Positions 53,143 to 64,000 of a DNA stretch of 64,000 nucleotides are shown here, one piece after another (position 1 is the stretch's first letter; every line of letters begins with the position of its first letter). This stretch comes from Eledone cirrhosa (taxonomy: Eukaryota). The notes under the pieces are model-generated. The model was given only the letters and a program-made list of their open reading frames with translations. It ran no database searches and had not been told where the DNA came from. Location: NCBI GenBank assembly GCA_964016885.1, contig OZ024744.1, forward strand, positions 40,424,001 to 40,488,000, in the 5' to 3' direction. A program made the position numbers and the translations under genes.

Positions 53143-55389
53143 TTTCCATCAACCCAGCTTTATTTACAATGCCTAGCTTGTCCGAAGGTAATGGTAGTTT
53201 CCATCTAACCAACTGTATTTACAAAGTCTAGCTTGACTCAAGGTAATGGTAGTTTCCATCAACCCAGCTTTATTTACAAAGCCTAGCTTGACGCAAGGTA
53301 ATGGTAGTTTCCATGAACCCAACTTTATCTACAAAGCCTAGCTTGACTCAAGGTAATGGTAGATTCCATCAACCCAGCTTTATTACAAAGCCTAGCTTGA
53401 CTCAAGGTAATGGTAGTTTCCATCAACCCAGCTTTATTTACAAAGCCTAGCTTGACTCAAGGTAATGGTAGTTTCCATCAACCCAGCTTTACTTACAAAG
53501 CCTAGCTTGACTCAAGGTAATGGTAGTTTCCATCAACCCAGCTTTATTTACAAAGCCTAGCTTGACGCAAGGTAATGGTAGTTTCCATGAACCCAACTTT
53601 ATCTACAAAGCCTAGCTTGACTCAAGGTAATGGTAGATACCATCAACCCAGCTTTATTACAAAGCCTAGCTTGACTCAAGGTAATGGTAGTTTACATCAA
53701 CCCAGCTTTATTTACGATGCCTAGCTTGACCGAAGGTAATGGTAGTTTCCATCTAACCAGCTGTATTTACAAAGTCTAGCTTGACTCAAGGTAATGGTAG
53801 TTTCCATCAACCCAGCTTTATTTACAAAGCCTAGCTTGACTCAAGGTAATGGTAGTTTCCATCAACCCAGCTTTACTTACAAAGCCTAGCTTGACTCAAG
53901 GTAATGGTAGTTTCCATCAACCCAGCTTTATTTACAAAACCTAGCTTGACTCAAGGTAATGGTAGTTTCCATCAACCCTGCTTTATTTACAGAGCCTAGC
54001 TTGACTCAAGGTAATGGTAGTTTCCATCAACCCAGCTTTATTTACAAAGCCTAGCTTGACTCAAGGTAATAGTAGTTTCCTTCAACCCTGCTTTATTTAC
54101 AAAGCCTAGCTTGACCCAAGGTAATGGTAGTTACCATCAACCGTGCTTTATTTACAAAGCCTACCTTGACTCAAGGTAATGGTAGTTTACATCAACCCAG
54201 CTTTATTTACGATGCCTAGCTTGACTCAAGGTAATGGTAGTTTCCATCAACCCAACTTTATTTACAAAGCCTAGCTTGACTCAAGGTAATGGTAGATTCC
54301 ATCAACCCAGCTTTATTACAAAGCCTAGCTTGACTCAAGGTAATGGTAGATTCCATCAACCCAGCTTTATTACAAAGCCTAGCTTGACTCAAGGTAATGG
54401 TAGTTTCCGTCAACCCAGCTTTATTTACAAAGCCTAGCTTGACATAAGGTAATGGTAGTTTCCATCAACCCAGCTTTATTTACAATGCCTAGCTTGACCG
54501 AAGGTAATGGTAGTTTCCATCTAACCAACTGTATTTACAAAGTCTAGCTTGACTCAAGGTAATGGTAGTTTCCATCAACCCAGCTTTATTTACAAAGCCT
54601 AGCTTGACCGAAGGTAATGTTAGTTTCCATCTAACCAGCTGTATTTACAAAGTCTAGCTTGACTCAAGGTAATGGTAGTTTCCATCAACCCAGCTTTATT
54701 TACAAAGCCTAGCTTGACTCAAGGTAATGGTAGTTTCCCTCAACCCAGCTTTATTTACAAAGCCTAGCTTGACCCAAGATAATGGCAGTTTCCATCAATG
54801 CAGCTTTATTTACAAAGCCTATCTTGACACAAGGTAATGGTAGTTTCCATCAACACAGCTTTATATACAAAGCCTAGCTTGAATCAAGGTAATGGCAGTT
54901 TCCATCAACCTAGCTTTACTTACAAAGCCTAGCTTGACTCAAGATAATGGTAGTTTCCATCAACCCAGCTTTATTTATAATACCTAGCTTGACTCAAGGT
55001 AATGGTAGTTTCCATCAACCCAACTTTATTTAGAAAGCCTAGCTTGACTGAAGGTAATGGTAGATTCCATCAACCCAGCTTTATTACAAAGCCTAGCTTG
55101 ACCCAAGGTAATGGTAGTTTCCATCAACCCAGCTTTATTTACAAAGCCTAGCTTGACACAAGGTAAGGGTTGTTTCCATCAACCCAGCTTTATTTACAAT
55201 GCCTAGCTTGACCGAAGGTAATGTTAGTTTCCATCTAACCAGCTGTATTTACAAAGTCTAGCTTGACTCAAGGTAATGGTAGTTTCCATCAACCCAGCTT
55301 TATTTACAAAGCCTAGCTTGACTCAAGGTAATGGTAGTTTCCATCAACCCAGCTTTATTTACAAAGCCTAGCTTGACTCAAAGTAATGG

Positions 55390-58300
55390 TAGTTTCCATC
55401 AACCCAGCTTTATTTACAAAGCCTAGCTTGACCCAAGATAATGGTAGTTTCCATCAATGCAGCTTTATTTACAAAGCCTAGCATGACTCAATGTAATTGT
55501 AGTTTCCATCAACCCAGCTTTATTTACAAAGCCTAGCTTGACTCAAGATAATGGTAGATTCCATCAACCCAGCTTTATTTACAAAGCATAGCTTGACCCA
55601 AGGTAATGGTAGTTTCCATCAACCCAGCTTTATTTAAAAAGCCTAGCTTGACTCAAGGTAATGGTATTTACATCAACCCAGCTTTATTTACAAAGCCTAG
55701 CTTGACTCAAGGTAATGGTAGATTCCATCAACCCAGTTTTATTTACAAAGCCTAGCTTGACTCAAGGTAATGGTAGTTTCCATCAACCCAACTTTATCTA
55801 CAAAGCCTAGCTTGACTCAAGGTAATGGTAGATTCCATCAACCCAGCTTTATTACAAAGCCTAGCTTGACTCAAGGTAATGGTAGTTTCCATCAACCCAG
55901 CTTTATTTACAAAGCCTAGCTTGACATAAGGTAATGGTAGTTTCCATCAACCCAGCTTTATTTACAAAGCCTAGCTTGACACAAGGTAATGGTAGTTTCC
56001 ATCAACCCAGCTTTATTTACAAATCCTAGCTTGACCGAAGGTAATGGTAGTTTCCATCTAACCAGCTGTATTTACAAAGTCTAGCTTGACTCAAGGTAAT
56101 GGTAGTTTCCATCAACCCAGCTTTATTTACAAAGCCTAGCTTGACTCAAGGTAATGGTAGTTTCCATCAACCCAGCTTTATTTACAAAGCCTACCTTGAC
56201 CCAAGATAATGGTAGTTTCCATCAATGCAGCTTTACTTACAAAGCCTAGCTTGACTCAAGATAATGGCAGTTTCCATCAACCCAGCTTTATTTACAAAGC
56301 ATAGCTTGACCCAAGGTAATGGTAGTTTCCATCAACCCAGCTTTATTTACAAAGCCTAGCTTGACCGAAGGTAATGGTAGTTTCCATCAACCCAGCTTTA
56401 TTTACAAAGCCTAGCTTGACCGAAGGTAATGGTAGTTTCCATCAACCCAGCTTTATTTACAAAGCCTAGCTTGACTCAACGTAATGGTAGTTTCCATCAA
56501 CCCAGCTTTATTTACAAAGCCTAGCTTGACTCAAGGTAATGGTAGTTTCCATCAACCCAGCTTTATTTATAATACCTAGCTTGACTCAAGGTAATGGTAG
56601 TTTCCATCAACCCAACTTTATTTAGAAAGCCTAGCTTGACTCAAGGTAATGGTAGATTCCATCATCCCAGCTTTATTTACAAAGCCTAGCTTGACTCAAG
56701 GAAATGGTAGTTTCCATCAACCCAACTTTATTTACAAAGTCTAGCTTGACTCAAGGTAATGGTAGATCCATCAACCCAGCTTTATTACAAAGCCTAGCTT
56801 GACCCAAGGTAATGGTAGTTTCCATCAACCCAGCTTTATTTACAAAGCCTAGCTTGACACAAGGTAAGGGTAGTTTCCATCAACCCAGCTTTATTTACAA
56901 TGCCTAGCTTGACCGAAGGTAATGTTAGTTTCCATCTAACCAGCTGTATTTACAAAGTCTAGCTTGACTCAAGGTAATGGTAGTTTCCATCAACCCAGCT
57001 TTATTTACAAAGCCTACCTTGACCCAAGATAATGGTAGTTTCCATCAATGCAGCTTTACTTACAAAGCCTAGCTTGACTCAAGATAATGGCAGTTTCCAT
57101 CAACCCAGCTTTATTTACAAAGCCTAGCTTGACCCAAGGTAATGGTAGTTTCCATCAACCCAGCTTTATTTACAAAGCCTAGCTTGACCGAAGGTAATGG
57201 TAGTTTCCATCAACCCAGCTTTATTTACAAAGCCTAGCTTGACTCAACGTAATGGTAGTTTCCATCAACCCAGCTTTATTTACAAAGCCTAGCTTGACTC
57301 AAGGTAATGGTAGTTTCCATCAACCCAGCTTTATTTATAATACCTAGCTTGACTCAAGGTAATGGTAGTTTCCATCAACCCAACTTTATTTACAAAGCCT
57401 AGCTTGACTCAAGGTAATGGTAGATTCCATCAACCCAGCTTTATTTACAAAGTCTAGCTTGACTCAAGGTAATGGTAGTTTCGATCAACCCAGCTTTATT
57501 TACAAAGCCTAGCTTGACTCAAGGTAATGGTAGTTTCCATCAACCCAGCTTTATTTACAAAGCCTAGCTTGACTCAAAGTAATGGTAGTTTCCATCAACC
57601 CAGCTTTATTTACAAAGCCTAGCTTGACCCAAGATAATGGTAGTTTCCATCAATGCAGCTTTATTTACAAAGCCTAGCATGACTCAATGTAATTGTAGTT
57701 TCCATCAACCCAGCTTTATTTACAAAGCCTAGCTTGACTCAAGATAATGGTAGATTCCATCAACCCAGCTTTATTTACAAAGCATAGCTTGACCCAAGGT
57801 AATGGTAGTTTCCATCAACCCAGCTTTATTTAAAAAGCCTAGCTTGACTCAAGGTAATGGTATTTACATCAACCCAGCTTTATTTACAAAGCCTAGCTTG
57901 ACTAAAGGTAATGGTAGATTCCATCAACCCAGCTTTATTTACAAAGCCTAGCTTGACTCAAGGTAATGGTTGTTTCCATCAACCCAGCTTTATTTATAAT
58001 ACCAAGCTTGACTCAAGGTAATGGTAGTTTCCATCAACCCAACTTTATTTAGAAAGCCTAGCTTGACTCAAGGTAATGGTAGATTCCATCATCCCAGCTT
58101 TATTTACAAAGCCTAGCTTGACTCAAGGTAATGGTAGTTTCCATCAACCCAACTTTATTTACAAAGACTAGCTTGACTCAAGGTAATGGTAGATTCCATC
58201 AACCCAACTTTATTACAAAGCCTAGCTTGACCCAAGGTAATGGTAGTTTCCATAAACCCAGCTTTATTTACAAAGCCTAGCTTGACTCAAGGTAATGGTA

Positions 58301-61300
58301 GTTTCAATCAACCCAGCTTTATTGACAAAGCCTAACTTGACTCAAGGTAATGGTAGTTTCCATCAACTAAGCATTATTTACCATGCCTAGCTTGACTCAA
58401 GGTAATGGTAGATTCCATCAACCCAGCTTTATTACAAAGCCTAGCTTGACCCAAGGTAATGGTAGTTTCCATCAACCCAGCTTTATTTACAAAGCCTAGC
58501 TTGACACAAGGTAAGGGTAGTTTCCATCAACCCGGCTTTATTTACAATGCCTAGCTTGACCGAAGGTAATGTTAGTTTCCATCTAACCAGCTGTATTTAC
58601 AAAGTCTAGCTTGACTCAAGGTAATGGTAGTTTCCATCAACCCAGCTTTATTTACAAAGCCTATCTTGACGCAAGGTAATGGTAGTTTCCATCAACCCAG
58701 CTTTATTTACAAAGCCTAGCTTGACTCAAAGTAATGGTAGTTTCCATCAACCCAGCTTTATTTACAAAGCCTAGCTTGACCCAAGATAATGGTAGTTTCC
58801 ATCAATGCAGCTTTATTTACAAAGCCTAGCATGACTCAATGTAATTGTAGTTTCCATCAACCCAGCTTTATTTACAAAGCCTAGCTTGACTCAAGATAAT
58901 GGTAGATTCCATCAACCCAGCTTTATTTACAAAGCATAGCTTGACCCAAGGTAATGGTAGTTTCCATCAACCCAGCTTTATTTAAAAAGCCTAGCTTGAC
59001 TCAAGGTAATGGTATTTACATCAACCCAGCTTTATTTACAAAGCCTAGCTTGACTCAAGGTAATGGTAGATTCCATCAACCCAGTTTTATTTACAAAGCC
59101 TAGCTTGACTCAAGGTAATGGTAGTTTCCATCAACCCAATTTTATCTACAAAGCCTAGCCTGACTCAAGGTAATGGTAGATTCCATCAACCCAGCTTTAT
59201 TACAAAGCCTAGCTTGACTCAAGGTAATGGTAGTTTCCATCAACCCAGCTTTATTTACAAAGCCTAGCTTGACACAAGGTAATGGTAGTTTCCATCAACC
59301 CAGCTTTATTTACAATGCCTAGCTTGACCGAAGGTAATGGTAGTTTCCATCTAACCAGCTGTATTTACAAAGTCTAGCTTGACTCAAGGTAATGGTAGTT
59401 TCCATCAACCCAGCTTTATTTACAAAGCCTAGCTTGACTCAAGGTAATGGTAGTTTCCATCAACCCAGCTTTATTTACAAAGCCTACCTTGACCCAAGAT
59501 AATGGTAGTTTCCATCAATGCAGCTTTACTTACAAAGCCTAGCTTGACTCAAGATAATGGCAGTTTCCATCAACCCAGCTTTATTTACAAAGCATAGCTT
59601 GACCCAAGGTAATGGTAGTTTCCATCAACCCAGCTTTATTTAAAAAGCCTAGCTTGACTCAAGGTAATGGTATTTACATCAACCCAGCTTTATTTACAAA
59701 GCCTAGCTTGATCCAAGGTAATGGTAGTTTCCATCAACCCAGCTTTATTTACAAAGCCTTACTTGACTCAAGGTAATGGTAGTTTCTATCAACCCAGCTT
59801 TATTTACAGAGCCTAGCTTGACTCAAGGTAATGGTAGTTTCCATCAACCCAGCTTTATTTACAAAGCCTAGCTTGACTCAAGGTAATGGTAGTATCCATC
59901 AACCCTTCTTTATTTACAAAGCTTAGCTTGATCCAAGGTAATGGTAGTTACCATCAACCGTGCTTTATTTACAAAGCCTATCTTGACTCAAGGTAATGGT
60001 AGTTTACATCAACCCAGCTTTATTTACGATGCCTAGCTTGACTCAAGGTAATGGTAGTTTCCATTAACCCAGCTTTATTTACAAAGCCTAGCTTGACCCA
60101 AGGTAATGGTAGTTTCCATCAACCCAGCTTTATTTACAAAGCCTAGCTTGACTCAAGGTAATGGTAGTTTCCATCAACCCAACTTTATTTACAAAGTCTA
60201 GCTTGACTCAAGGTAATGGTAGATTCCATCAACCCAACTTTATTACAAAGCCTAGCTTGACCCAAGGTAATGGTAGTTTCCATAAACCCAGCTTTATTTA
60301 CAAAGCCTAGCTTGACTCAAGGTAATGGTAGTTTCAATCAACCCAGCTTTATTGACAAAGCCTAACTTGACTCAAGGTAATGGTAGTTTCCATCAACTAA
60401 GCATTATTTACCATGCCTAGCTTGACTCAAGGTAATGGTAGATTCCATCAACTCAACTTTATTTACAAAGCCTAGCTTGACTCAAGGTAATGGTAGATTC
60501 CATCAACCCAACTTTATTTACAAAGCCTAGCTTGACTCAAGGTAATGGTAGATTCCATCAACCCAGCTTTATAAAAAACCTAGCTTGACTCAAGGTAATG
60601 GTAGTTTCCATCAACCCAGCTTTATTTACAAAGCCTAGCTTGACTCAAGGTAATGGTAGTTTCCATCAACCCAGCTTTATTTACAAAGCCTAGCTTGACC
60701 CAAGATAATGGTAGTTTCCATCAATGCAGCTTTATTTACAAAGCCTAGCATGACTCAATGTAATTGTAGTTTCCATCAACCCAGCTTTATTTACAAAGCC
60801 TAGCTTGACTCAAGATAATGGTAGATTCCATCAACCCAGCTTTATTTACAAAGCATAGCTTGACCCAAGGTAATGGTAGTTTCCATCAACCCAGCTTTAT
60901 TTAAAAAGCCTAGCTTGACTCAAGGTAATGGTATTTACATCAACCCAGCTTTATTTACAAAGCCTAGCTTGACTCAAGGTAATGGTAGATTCCATCAACC
61001 CAGTTTTATTTACAAAGCCTAGCTTGACTCAAGGTAATGGTAGTTTCCATCAACCCAACTTTATCTACAAAGCCTAGCTTGACTCAAGGTAATGGTAGAT
61101 TCCATCAACCCAGCTTTATTACAAAGCCTAGCTTGACTCAAGGTAATGGTAGTTTCCATCAACCCAGCTTTATTTACAAAGCCTAGCTTGACATAAGGTA
61201 ATGGTAGTTTCCATCAACCCAGCTTTATTTACAAAGCCTAGCTTGACACAAGGTAATGGTAGTTTCCATCAACCCAGCTTTATTTACAAATCCTAGCTTG

Positions 61301-64000
61301 ACCGAAGGTAATGGTAGTTTCCATCTAACCAGCTGTATTTACAAAGTCTAGCTTGACTCAAGGTAATGGTAGTTTCCATCAACCCAGCTTTATTTACAAA
61401 GCCTAGCTTGACTCAAGGTAATGGTAGTTTCCATCAACCCAGCTTTATTTACAAAGCCTACCTTGACCCAAGATAATGGTAGTTTCCATCAATGCAGCTT
61501 TACTTACAAAGCCTAGCTTGACTCAAGATAATGGCAGTTTCCATCAACCCAGCTTTATTTACAAAGCATAGCTTGACCCAAGGTAATGGTAGTTTCCATC
61601 AACCCAGCTTTATTTACAAAGCCTAGCTTGACCGAAGGTAATGGTAGTTTCCATCAACCCAGCTTTATTTACAAAGCCTAGCTTGACCGAAGGTAATGGT
61701 AGTTTCCATCAACCCAGCTTTATTTACAAAGCCTAGCTTGACTCAACGTAATGGTAGTTTCCATCAACCCAGCTTTATTTACAAAGCCTAGCTTGACTCA
61801 AGGTAATGGTAGTTTCCATCAACCCAGCTTTATTTATAATACCTAGCTTGACTCAAGGTAATGGTAGTTTCCATCAACCCAACTTTATTTAGAAAGCCTA
61901 GCTTGACTCAAGGTAATGGTAGATTCCATCATCCCAGCTTTATTTACAAAGCCTAGCTTGACTCAAGGAAATGGTAGTTTCCATCAACCCAACTTTATTT
62001 ACAAAGTCTAGCTTGACTCAAGGTAATGGTAGATCCATCAACCCAGCTTTATTACAAAGCCTAGCTTGACCCAAGGTAATGGTAGTTTCCATCAACCCAG
62101 CTTTATTTACAAAGCCTAGCTTGACACAAGGTAAGGGTAGTTTCCATCAACCCAGCTTTATTTACAATGCCTAGCTTGACCGAAGGTAATGTTAGTTTCC
62201 ATCTAACCAGCTGTATTTACAAAGTCTAGCTTGACTCAAGGTAATGGTAGTTTCCATCAACCCAGCTTTATTTACAAAGCCTACCTTGACCCAAGATAAT
62301 GGTAGTTTCCATCAATGCAGCTTTACTTACAAAGCCTAGCTTGACTCAAGATAATGGCAGTTTCCATCAACCCAGCTTTATTTACAAAGCATAGCTTGAC
62401 CCAAGGTAATGGTAGTTTCCATCAACCCAGCTTTATTTACAAAGCCTAGCTTGACCGAAGGTAATGGTAGTTTCCATCAACCCAGCTTTATTTACAAAGC
62501 CTAGCTTGACCGAAGGTAATGGTAGTTTCCATCAACCCAGCTTTATTTACAAAGCCTAGCTTGACTCAACGTAATGGTAGTTTCCATCAACCCAGCTTTA
62601 TTTACAAAGCCTAGCTTGACTCAAGGTAATGGTAGTTTCCATCAACCCAGCTTTATTTATAATACCTAGCTTGACTCAAGGTAATGGTAGTTTCCATCAA
62701 CCCAACTTTATTTACAAAGCCTAGCTTGACTCAAGGTAATGGTAGATTCCATCAACCCAGCTTTATTTACAAAGTCTAGCTTGACTCAAGGTAATGGTAG
62801 TTTCGATCAACCCAGCTTTATTTACAAAGCCTAGCTTGACTCAAGGTAATGGTAGTTTCCATCAACCCAGCTTTATTTACAAAGCCTAGCTTGACTCAAA
62901 GTAATGGTAGTTTCCATCAACCCAGCTTTATTTACAAAGCCTAGCTTGACCCAAGATAATGGTAGTTTCCATCAATGCAGCTTTATTTACAAAGCCTAGC
63001 ATGACTCAATGTAATTGTAGTTTCCATCAACCCAGCTTTATTTACAAAGCCTAGCTTGACTCAAGATAATGGTAGATTCCATCAACCCAGCTTTATTTAC
63101 AAAGCATAGCTTGACCCAAGGTAATGGTAGTTTCCATCAACCCAGCTTTATTTAAAAAGCCTAGCTTGACTCAAGGTAATGGTATTTACATCAACCCAGC
63201 TTTATTTACAAAGCCTAGCTTGACTAAAGGTAATGGTAGATTCCATCAACCCAGCTTTATTTACAAAGCCTAGCTTGACTCAAGGTAATGGTTGTTTCCA
63301 TCAACCCAGCTTTATTTATAATACCAAGCTTGACTCAAGGTAATGGTAGTTTCCATCAACCCAACTTTATTTAGAAAGCCTAGCTTGACTCAAGGTAATG
63401 GTAGATTCCATCATCCCAGCTTTATTTACAAAGCCTAGCTTGACTCAAGGTAATGGTAGTTTCCATCAACCCAACTTTATTTACAAAGACTAGCTTGACT
63501 CAAGGTAATGGTAGATTCCATCAACCCAACTTTATTACAAAGCCTAGCTTGACCCAAGGTAATGGTAGTTTCCATAAACCCAGCTTTATTTACAAAGCCT
63601 AGCTTGACTCAAGGTAATGGTAGTTTCAATCAACCCAGCTTTATTGACAAAGCCTAACTTGACTCAAGGTAATGGTAGTTTCCATCAACTAAGCATTATT
63701 TACCATGCCTAGCTTGACTCAAGGTAATGGTAGATTCCATCAACCCAGCTTTATTACAAAGCCTAGCTTGACCCAAGGTAATGGTAGTTTCCATCAACCC
63801 AGCTTTATTTACAAAGCCTAGCTTGACACAAGGTAAGGGTAGTTTCCATCAACCCGGCTTTATTTACAATGCCTAGCTTGACCGAAGGTAATGTTAGTTT
63901 CCATCTAACCAGCTGTATTTACAAAGTCTAGCTTGACTCAAGGTAATGGTAGTTTCCATCAACCCAGCTTTATTTACAAAGCCTATCTTGACGCAAGGTA
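55390..64000 (+). repeat. Duplication at 5,267-bp offset (5,322 after one extra monomer): ~55390-58680 copied at ~60660-64000, running off the window
   Basis: GACATAAG at 55923/61190 and GGTAGATCCA at 56761/62028 (offset 5267); CTATCTTGACGCAAG at 58661/63983 (offset 5322). Confidence 0.92.

Larger units (their letters stand above)
1..64000 (+). repeat. 55-bp tandem satellite array, ~1,164 head-to-tail monomers, open at both window ends
   Basis: AAAGCCTAGCTTGACTCAAGGTAATGGTAGTTTCCATCAACCCAGCTTTATTTAC recurs every 55 bp (e.g. starts at 391 and 446). From 61 to 63978 is 1163 monomers minus 48 bp, which matches my manual count of deleted bases. Most monomers carry 0-4 substitutions. No unrelated sequence or inverted copy seen. 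Confidence 0.99.

Noticed and set aside
54234-54437. 67-aa ORF with repeated TKPSLTQGNGRFHQPSFI
   Set aside because: Every consensus monomer starts a 31-codon ATG frame (MVVSINPALFTKPSLTQGNGSFHQPSFIYKA*). Two adjacent 54-bp monomers simply extend it by 36 codons. There is no unique sequence or gene context.
1-64000. CRISPR array
   Set aside because: No unique spacers; the full 55 bp is repeated contiguously, and there is no leader or cas gene.
1-64000. Giant repeat-protein CDS
   Set aside because: 55 is not a multiple of 3, so frames shift into stops (GCC TAG) within about two monomers; the ORF track shows nothing long on either strand.
1-64000. Satellite-encoded hammerhead ribozyme or tRNA/5S/snRNA gene array
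   Set aside because: No CTGANGA hammerhead core on either strand of the consensus, no recognisable pol III A/B boxes, and the unit is too short for these RNA genes.
1-64000. Canonical telomeric repeat, or transposon insertion/inversion within the array
   Set aside because: No TTAGG/TTAGGG-type runs and no foreign or reverse-oriented segment seen; register arithmetic accounts for the entire length.

Overview
The whole 64-kb window is one uninterrupted head-to-tail tandem array (satellite DNA) of a 55-bp monomer, consensus AAAGCCTAGCTTGACTCAAGGTAATGGTAGTTTCCATCAACCCAGCTTTATTTAC (40% GC, no CpG), about 1,164 copies, all in the same orientation and running off both ends. I found no genes, RNA genes, transposons or CRISPR spacers; the single 67-aa ORF is a by-product of two 54-bp deletion monomers. 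The structure lies in how the monomer variants are arranged: nested multi-monomer duplications (periods about 330, 440, 495, 1815, 2309, 3134, 3464, 5267, 7203 and 11,214 bp, each a whole number of monomers minus countable 1-2 bp deletions), a 5'-to-3' turnover of variant monomer classes, and a monomer built from three short inverted repeats, with several variants that compensate or extend them. The organism and chromosomal role cannot be determined from the sequence alone. All alignments and counts were done by eye.
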